A stretch of 64,000 nucleotides of DNA from Convolutriloba macropyga (GCF_964194025.1 NC_134474.1:4898001-4962000), one strand, 5' to 3'. Numbered from the stretch's first letter, positions 35,901 to 49,252 are shown. Made by a program: numbers and translations. Notes: generated by a model from the sequence alone, not told the origin.

Positions 35901-37747
35901 CTAAGAGGTTGAAGACCCCCCCCCCCCCCTCCTGTTGAACCCCCAACCCCACTATTGCCTCCACCCCCAACCCAGTGTTGCCCCCCCATCAACCCCCGGT
36001 GCACCCCCCCCCCCCTCCCCCCGTGGCTAGCTACTGACGAAGCCAACGGCTCACCGGTCGTTTGAGAGCAATTCGCCCGACGTTAGTGGGTTATGTTTTT
36101 TCCCTTCTATCTGTAGGTCATTCTGTTACTGACCGCACTTTCCGTGACAAATGGCTGCTTCTCTACTTCGGTTTCACTAACTGTCCAGACATTTGTCCGG
36201 AGGTGCTGGAGAATCTGAGTTCCACGGTTGACAGATGCAAGCCAGTAGTTGAACTGCAGCCTGTTTTTATAACCGTCGATCCATTTAGAGATTCTGCAGA
36301 GAAGATCGAGAAATACCTTAGTGTAAGTTCTTGTTCTACTTTATTTTAAACTCATATTTACGCTTTCGCTCCATAGTTTTCATCTAAAATTTTGACGAAT
36401 TTTCAAAGATTTGCAACTTTTCATTACTACGCAGAATTTGAAGGTGGGCGCAAGTTCAATTCGTCCATTTCTAAACGCGATATTCTAACTTATATCAAAT
36501 TTTAAGCTAACAGATTTTTCAGTTTATTTGAAAATGTTTCAATAGTGAAAGGATTAATATTTGAACGATGGAAGAATAAATTTCAAAAAGGAAAAAGTTG
36601 AGTTAACTCATTAGTTTAACATCTTTCTGGAATCTTTGTGAATCGCAAAGTTATAATCAGTTCAAATCAGAACAGATCAAACTGTCATTTGCACACATCT
36701 TGAAATTGCAACCCACACAATCGGGTTTTCATTGCTGCAGTATAGTCCTCATGGCCAGCATTATTTTGTACTTTGGTAGTTAATTTCAGTCTCCGTGCTC
36801 ATTGGGCAAGACAATTTATTGAAATTAAATATTGAACTTATCGCCAAAAGCCGCGAGAGATCTTACAGTAAAAAAAAACTGATTTGTGGCGAAAAGATCT
36901 GAAATCTGAAATATTAAAAAATCTGAATTTTTCTAGGATTTCCATCCGAACTTTATTGGGCTAACGGGTTCAGCTGACCAGATGAGCAAGTTGTTTGGTA
37001 CATTTGGGGTGTACGCCAGGGCCAATCCGGCTGACGATGATGGGGACTACATTGTGGATCACACAATCATCACGTATTTAGTCTCACCCGACGGGCGAAT
37101 CATGGAAATGTTCACTAGGTTGGCTATGGAAATAAACATGACACAAATACAAATAAAAGATTTTAATTGATATCGAGTGAAATTTGAAGCAATTATTGTA
37201 GCTGTGTGTCTTGTTGGTTATAAAAACAAATATGACACAAATATAACGAAGTGTTATATTTAGTAGGGCTTTTTGATGTTTGAATGAGAAAGTGAGAAGA
37301 TTTAAACCTGAAAACGGTGTGAAAAAGTTGTTATGCGTCCTTCAGTAACTTTTTTGTCACTTCAGGTTTTTCGACTTGAATAAAGGGCAGATGACTAATA
37401 AATGCTGGTGAAAATAATGCTTCAGGATGAGAAATGTGAATTATTGCAAAAAAGAGAAAATTAATATTAAATATTCGCGATCGAGTCTACGGCACTGAAA
37501 TCTATTTTGTAGCTATTTCGGTTATCTGCCGAAAAATAGAATGAAAAATAGTCATTCTAGCTCATTTTTAAAAGATGCAGATTGGCGTTGAAAAACGGTT
37601 TGCTCATTTAATTCAATTTGGCGTTGTCCAAAAAGATGTATGTTTAGGTACCAAGACCTGGATAAGGTGTACGATATCATAGTGAAGCATGTGAACAAGT
37701 ACAAGCCTGTCAGTGATGACAAACCATATTCTGCTGCCTTCAGATGA
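20979..37747 (+). CDS. SCO1: SCO1/SCO2 mitochondrial copper chaperone (~322 aa)
   Basis: Well-supported exons: 23310-23515 (TM helix), 36117-36322 (YFGFTNCPDICP, FITVDPFRD), 36937-37118 (DFHP..IGLTG, YIVDHT..YL..PDG), 37648-37747 (stop). Upstream exons 20979-21158 (Arg-rich presequence-like) and 21923-22017 are phase-consistent but less certain. Confidence 0.9.
21504..21880 (+). mobile_element. HINE family A
   Basis: Both termini present; same interior as 4973-5397. Confidence 0.8.
24227..27563 (-). mobile_element. CR1/L2-group LINE, antisense in the SCO1 intron, RT core deleted
   Basis: ORF1 27563-~26650 (coiled coil, RRENIKIIGL, PVIVKF). APE endonuclease 26543-25926 (NIRSI, ITETWL, GGGV, YNPP, GDMN, DH). 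PLWFN linker, NYRPISLL, then KYLGINLD..L. No QG or YADD segment. Confidence 0.9.
28293..29790. mobile_element. Gap-bounded probable DNA-transposon fragment with a repeated 14-bp motif
   Basis: TGTATGATACGCCC-like motif at 28301, 28336, 28498(-), 29551, 29732 and 29760. Confidence 0.4.
30034..30624 (-). CDS. Intact intronless 196-aa ORF, divergent SGNH-like, basic C-terminal tail
   Basis: Uninterrupted ORF in 35% GC-type intron DNA. LIIVASCL / WHDVINNS / IHPS are spaced like SGNH blocks I, III and V (inference). Preceded by the SL-like motif. Confidence 0.5.
   Translation of the reverse strand: MVLIIVASCLFNAVNRTPHRTLLKFKLTVQTFSKKSLSLNNNCENNLNLQLLLRKPPLNRLSDLISWHDVINNSITPHHSNKNQPLSIDKFSNSLKIFEKQLTAIVYNRRFGTPDLFDKLVQLNICPILSVKRQLISHRKRTSYYYQQQLQQIHPSSQTEINLLRTVLRHKDRLDKLTLQKRSKSRKRKSKKKSKK
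30737..30771 (-). other. Spliced-leader-like 35-nt motif, copy 2
   Basis: Reverse complement TTAGCCTAATTGTTGTGATAAACATATTAAATAGC, about 113 nt upstream of the ATG at 30624. Confidence 0.6.
31338..31790 (+). mobile_element. HINE family A, complete C-rich subfamily copy
   Basis: AATTGCTCTCAAACGA / TCGTTTGAGAGCAATT, hairpin CCGACGTTAGTCGG, end TTATGTTTT. Confidence 0.85.
32091..36100 (+). repeat. Tandem array of 12 x ~320 bp derived from a HINE 5' junction, ending in one full HINE 3' end
   Basis: AATTGCTCTC starts at 32180, 32500, 32792, 33112, 33433, 33754, 34074, 34394, 34715, 35036, 35357 and 35678. Confidence 0.95.
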
Positions 37748-37938
37748 TAATTGTGACTGTGATTATTGTATTGTTGAAATTCAATTTCTACTCGCTCATT
37801 GGTTTTCGTCTTGTTAGAAATCTAGTCAAATTTGACCCATGGAGGCATTTCTTGTGCACTGACAATAGTGGTGTAATTGTTCCCAAGATTTCGTGAAGCC
37901 GGGAACAAAACAACAATATGATAGCGGACATTTCCTTT

Positions 37939-40900
37939 TTAATAGCCGCACAGCGATAGCTGGGGCTATTATTGGCCTTCTATTGGTTTTTTATTAATAG
38001 CCGCCCTCATCTGCTCAGCCGGTTATTATAGCGCTCCTATTTTTTACAATTCAAAGAATTTGAATTGTATTGGTGCGCTGTGTTGTTTTACAATTCAAAG
38101 AATTTGAATTGTATTAAGGCGCTGTCTTTTTACGACTCGAAAAGGAGTATTGAAGAACTCCTTTTTTTAAATCAATTTTATTGGAGTGAATTTTGAAGCG
38201 GGAAATGAAACACGTGAAAAGTTTTGGAGGGATTTTGTTGCTGAACAAAATGAAGAGTGGAGCGAAAAGAGAGTGGTTTTTTGTTCATATCGCTGTTTTC
38301 TAGAGAGCGAGAAATTGATGTGTGAAAAATTTTTTTTTTAAGCGAGCGAAATTTTTTTGTTCACGTGCGGCTTTTTTGCAACTTTTGAATATTATGAGGT
38401 TTGATTATGATATTGTATTAGTTTTAGGTTTGTTTTGATAGAAATTGAAGGTTTCAAGTAGTTAATTTGATTTTTAATGCTAATTTGGAGGGTTTTGATC
38501 AGTTTTGCTGATTTTTAGACAAAATTCAACGATTTTTTACCTGTTTTTTTTTGTTTTACTGCTTTAAGTGGGATTTGAATAGAAGCTTGTTACTTAAAGA
38601 TTTGTCAGATACCAATTGACTAAATATTTGTTGGTATAAATCATTTTTTTCCAAAGAAAAATGACCAAAAAATTGAGAAATTTTAAACCATTTTTCTCAT
38701 TTTTCGCAGTTTTTCTTTTTTATCTTACACAAGTGTCTTACCCACCCTTTTATAACTTGCCCATTGTTTTGCGAGTTTTTCATTGCTCTGATTGCAAAGG
38801 AACCTTATTGGGCTTTATGTTTCCTTGTACTATTAAAAAAAACTCATTTAGTTTATAGTTTTTTGTTGAATTTGTTTTTGAATGCCGCTTCTATGCCCTT
38901 AATTTTTTATGGCATTTGTGGAGTTTTAGGGTTCATAATAGTTGTTCTAGTTGTTTAGTAATAAGTGTGGGCAATTTTGGATATCAATCATTTTTTTGTT
39001 GGAACTATTTTTCTTAATTTTTTTCTTTGCAGTTTTTCGGGTTTTTTTTTTCTGTGAGACAAATTTCTTAGACTATTTTGACATGTCTATTGTTTTGCGA
39101 GCATCTGGATGCTCTATTCGCTGAAAAGAATTTTTCTTTGGATTTATATGCTTTTGTACTAATAAGAAATTTACTAACTTTTTCCAGTTATTTAGTGCAA
39201 GTTGTTTTTAAGAGCTTCTTTTCATAATTTGGCCTCCAGTATTTTTAAAACATTCACTTAAGTGGTTTCAGTAAGTACTAGTTGTTTTGATGAAGTAATT
39301 TTGGCAGAGATAGTTATTTCGGGATCTCAAGTTATGACAAAATTTGGTCAGATTTTTTATCATATTTCAACAGATTTGATTTTTTTTACTTTTTTGTTTT
39401 ATGGTTTGGTTTCAAGAAAATCATAAATTAGTGGAGGCAAGTTTTTTCTGATGAGTAGTTGGATGGCGGATAAATAGATTTTCACTTCGAGTCGTTTCCG
39501 GAATTCTTCCGGCTATGTTTTTTTTAAAGGTCTGTTCACACATTTTCATGATTTTTGAAGTCAAATTGGAGTAATGATTTTGGTCACGCCGAAACAGGAA
39601 ATGGAGCGAAAAAGCGAGTGGTTTTGCGGCGTGAATTTTTTTCGCTCTAATTTTAAAGTAGAGTGAGAAAACGGTGTTTGAACAAAAATTCGGTTTCTCG
39701 GTAGTGGTTTTTTGTTCACATGCGGCAATTTCACTCTGATTTTTACTGTTTGTTCGATTTTTTGGATCGGATTTTTTTCTAAATGGTTTTCCCAATCCAT
39801 TCGCCGCTCATTGTAGGCCTAGTTTTTTGTTTGAATTTTAATTTTCATTTCTCGCTAGTGGTTTTTTTGTTCACATGCGGCATTTTGATATTGATAGTCT
39901 AGAAAGGACTATCAGCGAATTGAGAAAACCATTTTTTTTAAATGGTTTTCTCAATTCGCTGATAGTCCTTTCTAGGTCTAGTTTTTCTGTGTAGTCAATG
40001 AAAATTCTTTGAATTGTACGTCAGGACTTGTCCTGCTATGTTTTAAGATGTGTTCACACATTTTTCAATGACTTTGATCTTTCAAAACGGGATAAACAGG
40101 TAAAGCCCAGCGGGCGTTAGGTTCCTTAGAGGCCCAAAGTGGGCTTTAGTAGTCCTTCAAGTGCTTGTAGTGGTGCAGCTGCGGGGATGGCCTTAATTTA
40201 AGGTTAAAAGGTCATTTTTAGGAGTTTTTGGGCTCAAAATGCTGCAATTTTTCTTGTTTTTTGTGATTTGTTTGAGATTTTTTTTATTAGTCTTAGGTTG
40301 AAATTTTTAACAGTTGATGAATGCTTTTTGCGTGACAAAAATGGTTGTTATGTCCAATTTTATCAGCTATATGTTTTGGTAGTACAAACACAAACACGCA
40401 AAATGATACTAATTTTCGCAATTTTTTTCCTGTTTTTTTTTCATAATTTGAGTTTTTTGGCCCTAGGTGTAAGAAACCTCATGTAGGGTTGGATAAGGGG
40501 TTTGATGATAGATTACTACTTAGTTTCTAATGGTAATGGAATGTTTTTCAACTTTTCGCCATCATGAATTTTAGCATTTTTTGACAAAACTTTTTTTTCA
40601 TAGTTTTTGACATTTTTTGTCATTATTCAAGTTGTTTGAGTCTCAGGGGCAAGAAAACCTCATCAGTGGTTGGATAATAAGTTACTGAAAAGTTTTTAGT
40701 TGTCATGGAATAGGTTTCAACTTTTGAATATCACAAATTTTAATTTTTTTTTGACAAAATTTGCATTTCAGGTTTTCAAAAATTTTGGTTATTTTTCAGT
40801 TTTTCCTGCTTCAGGGACCAGGCAATCTTTTTGAGGTTTGTTAATAGGGCACTGCATAGTTTCTAGTAATAATGGAATGGTTTTTATCATTTTATTGTCT

Positions 40901-43341
40901 CGAATTTTAGCATTTTTTTGATAAAATCTGCATTTTTTTATAAGGTTTTTAAGTTTTTGTCAGTTTTTGATATTCGTCTATTCTCAAGTGCGAGAAAACA
41001 TATTCCACGTTCTCATAAAAACTTACTGCATGGGTTTTAGTTTCAAAGGATTTGTTTTCAACAATTCAACCTTTCGACTTTTAGAAGTTTTTTGATAAAA
41101 TTTGCAATTTCAAGTTTTTTCAAAATATTTGTATTTTATTTTTTCTTGCCTCAGTAGCCAGGTAACTTCATCCAGTGTTTGATAGTATGTTATTAAATAG
41201 TTGCTAGGGGGCAATTGAATGGCTTTCATCCTTTTAATAGAACGAATTTCTATTTTTTGAAATTTTGTCCACCGATCTATGAGTTTTAAAGTTTGGAATT
41301 GGGTTACTGGATAGCCTCTAGAGACACAGAATTGATTCTGAAGATATTTATATCACGGTTTTCAGCAACATTTCCTTATAGTTTGGAATTGATTTTTTAA
41401 AAAAATTTTTGGTCATTTTCGAGTTAATCGATCTTCAATGGCCAATGAATATTTTTCAGGTCTTGCTGATACTGGACCGATTTCAGAAACAAAAATTGGT
41501 TTTTAACATCTTTTTGAAATAGGTATTTCAAAAAAATTTGCCTGAGGTTTAAAAACTTCACGATTTTTAGCAACGAGTATATTTTTGTTTAGTTTTGTTT
41601 CTTTGTTTCTCAATTTTATGTTGATTTTGTTTGTGTTCTGGCTGAAATTGTTGAATTGATCTGCTGGTCAAGTAGAGTGCGTCTGAGTTTTTCATTCAAT
41701 TTTTTGAATTGTATTTCAGGATTTGTCCTGCTATGTTATTTTACTTCGTCGAGTAAGAAAATGTTTCGCTTTACCTCATTTTGCCGCTTTTTCAACCTTT
41801 TGCGTGATATCTTTTTGACTTCTCTAGGCTATTTCTCTCTTCTCTCATTCTGCTAAAAGTGATTTTGAACATCAGTTGCTAAGCAAAGCAATTCAAAATG
41901 AACAGAGTCAGTATTAAAAATTGAAGTCAGAAATAGAAGCGGGATAAACCCATAAAGGCTAATTTTAGATGCCCGCTATTTGAACGTCGTTCCTATAAGT
42001 CTTAGTTACGATCTCTAATGCTTATTGGTATTGATAGTAGCCCCTGTAGCCTCTCTCTAAGAAACAGAAGTACGTTATGTTCAACTACGAAATGCCATCA
42101 AAATAAATCGGGTTTAAAAAAATGTGTTTGTACAAAAAATCTTTTTTTTCAATTTCTTCTATTCTTTCAATCCCAATCATGCTTGTTGGAATCAACGGCG
42201 GCTATTTTCCGGCAATCTGCCGGGTATGTTTACAATCAAAGAATGTGATTTGTTTTAGGGCGCTGTCTTTTTTTTAAGATCTGTTCACACATTTTCATGA
42301 TTTTTGAAGTCCAATTGGAGTAGTGATTTTGGTCACGCCGAAATTGGAAGGGGAGCGAAAAAGCGAGTGGTTCTGTGGCGTAAAATTTATTCGCTCTAAA
42401 TTTAAAGTAGAGTCAGAAAACGGTGTTTGAACAAAAATTCGCTTTCTCGCTTGTGGTTTTTTGTTCACATACGGCAATTTCACTTTGATTTTTACTGTTT
42501 TTTCGATTTTCTGGATCGGATTTTTCTAAACGGTTTTCCCAATCCATTCATAGTCCGTTCTAGGTCTAGTTTTCTGTTAACTCAATAAAAATTCTTTGAA
42601 TTGTACGTCAGGACTTGTCTTGCTATGTTTTTATAGCTGTGAAGCTGTAAGCTGAGCGAAGCTATATTGCGGTGCTCTTGTTTTTTTGTTTTGTCGTCTG
42701 ACGCTCTTTTTTCGTTTTACATTTGTTCACACAGCAAAGCTGAAAATGTCAAATTTTCTGAATTACTTCTTCCTCTCACTAACGGCATTTGCGCGCGTGA
42801 CGTCATTTCCCACTCGCTTTACCGAAAGTTTTTAGGTTATTTGCGTGATTAGATCTTGATCATTCGTGACTTACCTCACTCAATAAAATGACTTTTGCAC
42901 TTTAAAACTTAAGTGTAGTTTGAATTTGTTCACCTTTGACTTTCGACTTACTTCTCTCACTATTTCAACTGAATGGATTTTCAATTCTTTCACACATTCA
43001 ATTACGCAATGTGGTGAATACTGTCAAAGTCAAAAGAGCAAAATCAAAAGAGACGGGATAAACCGATAAAGCCTGGTCATTAAGTCACTGAGAACTTGGT
43101 TTTCAAAGTTCATTGGAGTGTTTGCTAGCTGACATTGGTATTAAGCTTATTAGTTTTCAGTTTAGAAGCTGAATTAAGTATAGTTTTAGAATCTAACTGA
43201 AACTGCACGCCAAATTAGAAAACTTTTTCACCTTAAAAAAACAAAAAATTGGTCAATGTTTCTTTTCTCTTCTGTTGCAATCCCGATGTTCATCACGGGC
43301 GTCAACGGCGGCTATTTTCTGGCAGTCTGCCGGCTATGTTT
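37939..43341 (+). mobile_element. Nested cluster of HINE family B elements
   Basis: 5' ends at 37939 and ~37994; 3' hairpin ends at ~39520, ~42230 and ~43340; outer element sequence resumes after the inner ends. Confidence 0.7.
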
Positions 43342-43460
43342 GCTTTAACCATTCAAATAAATATAAATTTTACTGCACAATAGCGGTTAAATACAAACTA
43401 TCCGCTTCAATCCAGGAGGAAATTAACTTGGAAACGATTTACTTTAATCCTATTGTTTTA

Positions 43461-44360
43461 TTAATAGCCGCACAGCAATAGCTGGGGCTATTATTGGCCT
43501 TCTCATGGTTTTTTACAATTCAAAGAATTTGAATTGTATGGGGGCGCTGTCTTTTTTTTAAGATCTGTTCACACATTTTCATGATTTTTGAAGTCAAATT
43601 GGAATAGTGATTTTGATCACGCCGAAACAGGAAGTGGAGCGAAAAAGCGAGTGGTTTTGTGGCGTGAAATTTTTCGCTCTAAATTTAAAGTAGAGTGAGA
43701 GAACGGTTTTTGAACAAAATTTCGCTTGCTCGCTTTTTGTTCGCAAGCGGCAATTTCACTTTGATTTTTACAGTTTTTTCAATTTTTTGGATCGGATCTT
43801 TTTCTAAATGGGTTTCCCAATCCATTCATAGTCCGTTCTTTGTCTAGTTTTTTGTTTAGTCAATGAAAATTCTTTGAATTGTACGTCAGGACTTGTCCTG
43901 TTATGTTTTTTATTTCGTCGTCGCGATTTTTATTACGACCATATGATGTCACAACCTCTTAAGTTTGCTTTTTGTTCATTGGTCCATGCAATTTCAACTG
44001 AAGTACGTGCGTGAGGTCAATTTTTACTCTTAGTGGAGCGAGTTTTGTTCATTTGCGTGATTACATTTTTAGTCACACTTGACTTACCTCACTCAACAAA
44101 AACGACTTCCTCACTTTGAAATTGACTTTTATTTATTTTAATTCAAAGAGATAAGGTCAAATGGGTGTGTGTCACTCTAAATGAAGGTTATTAGAGAGGA
44201 GCTAATAGAGGCAGCAAAAACTTATACATATTTTTAATCAAAATATAATATATCCTTCAATGAAAAGACGAATTTTTTTGGTCTGTGTTTTTTGTTTTGT
44301 TGAGACTGCAGAACTACGAAGCTATTGCGACTATTTTCTGGCAATCTGCCAGCTATGTTT
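43461..44360 (+). mobile_element. HINE family B (complete)
   Basis: Both termini present; paralogous to 11981-12886 over its full length. Confidence 0.85.
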
Positions 44361-45157
44361 GTTAATTGCATTTTGGTGACTAGGTATTTGAAAATCTTTA
44401 ATGAAATTTATGTTTGAAAAATGATTTTCGTAATGAAAAAATCTTGATCGATTGTTGAAAACTTTTTGTCCACAGATCGATGCATTCTTTTTTATTGATC
44501 TCAAACAAAGTTTGTTGCAATTATATTAGTCCTGTGATCTTTTTATGCGATTTTTCGTTTCACCGATTTTTTCTTTCGCCTGACCCCATTTGACTTTTGT
44601 CTTCAAATGGGATAAACAGGTAGCTCCCGGAAGGTATTAAGTGCTCTTAGAGCCTTACGCCTTACCATTCTCTAAGAATGTGATTCACCAAAGCTCAAAA
44701 CTGTTTTGAGGAGACAATTTTATGGTGTTAAGGGTGGTTCTTAATCTTGAAAGTTTGAAGCTTGACCCCCCCCCCCCCCCCCCCCTTGTTTGTCCCTGTA
44801 CATGAGTTTGTGTATCGCTACTAGTCATAGTCACGTGTTAGCTTTTCCTGTCTTTTCAAGATCACTTTTTCAATTGGCCTTTTTTCGTTGATCAGAATTT
44901 TAATTGCTGAATTTCTGCTCATTTTTATCCAATGGACAGAAACTGAATAGGTAATTTTATGAAAATGAAAGATACGCATTTCTGTTCAAATTTCAAAAAG
45001 CAGCAGGCTCGTTCAAGATGATAGTTTTATGTCTCGTTTGTTGCAATGTTGGATATCCCCACGCGTCTATCAAAGTCTGCTAAATCTGCACTTCGCGCTA
45101 TGTGCACCCCCCCCCCCATTACAGAGCGCATGTCATTACATAGTAAATCCTTATGTC

Positions 45158-48100
45158 AAACAAGGAGGCTCGGTAATGTGCGTTTGCACATTAAGTTCCG
45201 ACCCCGCTCATCTACATTTTTCACTTAATTGTCTACCAAATGAGGAAGAGATTAAAAAATTAACATATCAACATATCGTTCACCAAACTACTGAAAGAAT
45301 AAAACAATCTACTCTAGAGGGTTTATGAGACCTGTGGCAACCATAATATGACTACCAGAAAAGACGGCAATAAAAATCAAATAGTTACAAATTTTAATTA
45401 CGACCAAACTTCCTTGTCCATTTTTTGAAAACCACTAATAACCAAATCAAAATGGCATCAGATAAAATTTATACTCGGAAGATTAATCGGCACTTTGTTT
45501 GAACAAAATATGGGACTTTTCCTCAATGCGACTTGGCAACAAGTCGACTAGAAATAAGCAAAAGGGCAAAGTTTATTAAAACATTGCTTTTTAAAAAAAA
45601 AGAATTAAATTCGAACTGATTAGAATTTTACCCATCAAATGAGTCTTTTATACCGTAATTGAGAGCGACTGAGGCCTTTCATTTCCCGGGATATGTCATA
45701 CGACTACAAAAAAACGACAAGTACAGGCAAAAACTAAAATTTTGCACAAAAAATTATGCAAGAAAGCGATCAATTAAAAATTAAGCTGATCACTAAAAAC
45801 AATAAAAATCTTCGTTTGCCCTTTTTAAAGGCAACAAAATATGTAAATCAAATGACTCCCATTATTGTGATACTGTGAAAAGAGAACAAAAACCTACAAA
45901 AAAAAGGGGCAAATATGCAAAAATCACGAAAATTGGTTTTATGAAAACTGGTTGTTCCAAGAAGAAAGACAGTTCGAGGAAAATAAAACCATTATGAAGA
46001 GCAAATTGTATTTCAATAGATAAATGATGTGAATTGTAGATAGAGACGCTTAGCTACAATTTAACAGAAATAAAATTGGCAGATCTCAAAAACTCTTTTT
46101 TTATTAAAAACAAATATTTTCAAAAATCTTAGCCAACAAAAGCTTTCGACTAAAAGAGTAGACAGTTTGACTTGCAACTACTCGGAAAATTAATTGCGAC
46201 TGTTATTTATGAGACTTAATCAAAAGACTATAAAATAACATTAAATACAAGCTGATCTAATTATTTTCACAAACAACTTTACAAAACCACAGTTTTGCAG
46301 CCATTAAATTTATAAGATATTAACCGCGGGAACATAAAATCTTCATTTGCGTCTCCTTTGACCACCATAACGTCTTTTTGTAAAACGACTATCATTAAAT
46401 GACAACAAAAAGAACCACAAAAAATGAAAAGTATCTAAACTTCACAAAACTCTTCGGAAACAAATTATCTAAGCCCTGAAGACATCATTTAAAACGTTTA
46501 AGCAACCGAAAAATTATTGTTTGATTCAACAAAACATTAAACAGAGCTCTAAATAATAAGGCTAATTTGCGGAAATTATTCATTTTATAATACGAAAAAA
46601 AAGCAAACCAGAACAAAAAGGGATAAATTGAGAATACTATTACTCTTTTATTAGAAATTTAATTCGAAAGTCAAAACAACCATTAGCTATTTACTAGTAT
46701 CAGTTATTAAGTTCATTTGTTTATCTATAGTTGGCCACTAAGACCTTTAATTACACAATATTTGGCATATGACAACAAAAATTAACAACAAATATAGGGC
46801 AAAAATAAAGAACTACCAATTTCTGCAAGAGAACGGTGTCGCAGCCCTTCAAACCATATATTATGAAAACAAAAAGATGCTCAGTTTCAAATGTTGTAAA
46901 ATTTTTTTTCAGTTAGATTGTTAAATAAGGTTACAATTTACAAAAGAAAGAAAAACAACAGCAAGAATGGGAAATTATGCAAAAAAATAGGAAATTTTGT
47001 ATGAAAACTCGTAGGACCAAAACCAAGAAAACCTTCTCATAAAACTATTGGACCCAAAATTAGTTGTCTTCTATACGGAGGAGAGATTGACCTGTACTTG
47101 CTGAGAATAAACAAAATGTTGATTAAAATACTATTAAAAATTGACAGTTGAAGTTCAAAAAATCAGAGATTTCCCTAAAACAAATACATTTAATAACATA
47201 AGAGACATCAGGTAACAACCGAATGAACAGAAAAGGTCGACGTTAACCTCTTGAAGAAGAAATTTAGATCTTTGAGTGGTTAAAATTAAAATTCAGACCG
47301 CCAAGAGAATAACAATTGAAGGCAAAAGACAAGAATTCAGTTAAATTTTATTAACTCTTCCTCAAAGCCATAAAAACCCTTTGGTTCTCCGAAAACAAAC
47401 TATATCTACATTCGGCCTCAATTTATGTAAATTATAGCGATCGTTAACGGAGCCGTGAATAAAACATATTGTCAGTAATTAACATTAAAAAACAAATGCA
47501 AAATATTTTGAAAAAAGCAGAATCAAAATAAAAACCAAAAAGTCTCTGATTCTATGAATCCACGATATTGTCGAACCTCTCCCTGATTTTGTCGCGCGCC
47601 CAGCAAATCGACCAAGTGGTCCAAGTGTTTGCGAATTAGACCAATTGTTGCATGGGATTCTTCAAATATTAATAAAAAGAACGATGCATTTTGTGTAAGT
47701 ATCGAGAAAAATGTGCAAAAAACGGCAAAGTTTTAATTCCAGAAGACTTTCTTACGGCACCTAATTGCAACTAGCGCTCTTTTGAGATTAGGGAGTCTGT
47801 TTAAAGGTTTCTAGGTCACTAAGTCTGAGAAACTTTAACGAAGTGGACCAAAAAAGCATATTTTGTGCCATTTTTGATGAAAAAAATTTCAATTTTGCCA
47901 AAGAAACTTCAATCAAACAATTCAGCAACGCTCTTCTATCTCTGACGGTAACAACAACACTATGCCGTTAAAAATTTTAACTTATTTTGATCTATATTAG
48001 CGAAATTGTGCCAAATTTTAGCAAAAATTACTGAAAATGTGAACAAAAACAATCGAATGTTCGCAAAACTTTAATCCTCGATAACTCCCTGTAAAAAACG

Positions 48101-48270
48101 AAAATCAAAAAAATCTTTTTAATTCCGTATTCTACGCTGGATGGGCTTTTAAATGATACCACTCACAATTCTCTACGATGAATATATCGATCGGCCAAAA
48201 TTGACTGAACAAAAAAAAACAGTTGAGTATATAGTTCCTCCCTCCCCACTAAAGTGAGGGTCGGAACAAA
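45158..48270 (-). mobile_element. HINE family C (~3.1 kb, minus strand)
   Basis: Subterminal inverted pair GTTCCGACCC (45195-45204) / GGGTCGGAAC (48258-48267); hairpin TAATGTGC-GTTT-GCACATTA (45174-45193); A-rich body on +, i.e. T-rich on -. Confidence 0.65.
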
Positions 48271-49252
48271 TATGACACGTGCCTCTTGGGGTGAAAATAA
48301 TTTGCACCCGCTAAGCCTGGGGTTGCACAAACGGATCAACGATCTTGTTTAAGGTCTGATCCGTTAAGATTCCCTAAACAGAGCTGCAATTTGTTAGAAG
48401 GATGTGACTTGAGCATCAAAATGATAGATTTGACTTCCAAATCAAGTCTAGAAGTGCATTTGTTAACTTTATTTTTCAAACTTTTTCAGAGGTGTGTTTC
48501 AACAAAGCCTCGTGTCTTTTTTTGTTGGCTATTTTCCGGCAATCTGCCTGCTGTTTTTTACACCAACCGGTTATAGCAAAATTCAATTTTAAAATGGTAC
48601 CCGAATTTTTGTTGTTATTTCTTCATTGACATGGAAGCTCCATTCGAATTTGGTTTAAAAATGTTAATACTGATAATAGAACTCGAGATATTTGACTTTT
48701 TGTTTGTCAATATACAACGGTAAAATGAATCTGTCTCCGGTGTCTTCGGTCTTCTGTCTGAATCGAAAATGATTGTCTTCAAAAATGATTCTGTCTTGAA
48801 ATGAATGAGTGTTCGAGGTTTTTCAAGCTCATGTAATTTTAGAGCTCTTCTATGTTCCGGCTTTTTTCCAACATTTATTCTATCACAATTGCCCACTTCA
48901 ATTTTTCGTTACAAGAAGAATTATGTATTATGATTTGAGTACCCTGAGAGATTAGGCTGTGCAAAGGGATTTATATGTTAAAAGTTTTTGGAAAAATTTA
49001 AAGGCAAAAAATTATAACCGGAGCTAAAATTAGCTCTTCGCATTAAGCTGTCAACTACACGATAGAGTTTTCAGGAAAGTATAATATGATTTTCTGGCAA
49101 AGGGACTCTAACGCTTGCTTGAACCTTAATTTTTTAATTACTTTCAATTTTAGAATCTCAATATTTAGGAAGGCTTGGAGAAGATGTTATGCACCTGTTC
49201 GTATAAAAAACTGTGAAGTGTTCCGACTATATTTTTTTATTTACATTTTTTT

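Noticed and set aside
32091-36100. CRISPR-like regular repeat
   Set aside because: Whole ~320-bp units repeat with no unique spacers, in a eukaryotic intron with no cas genes
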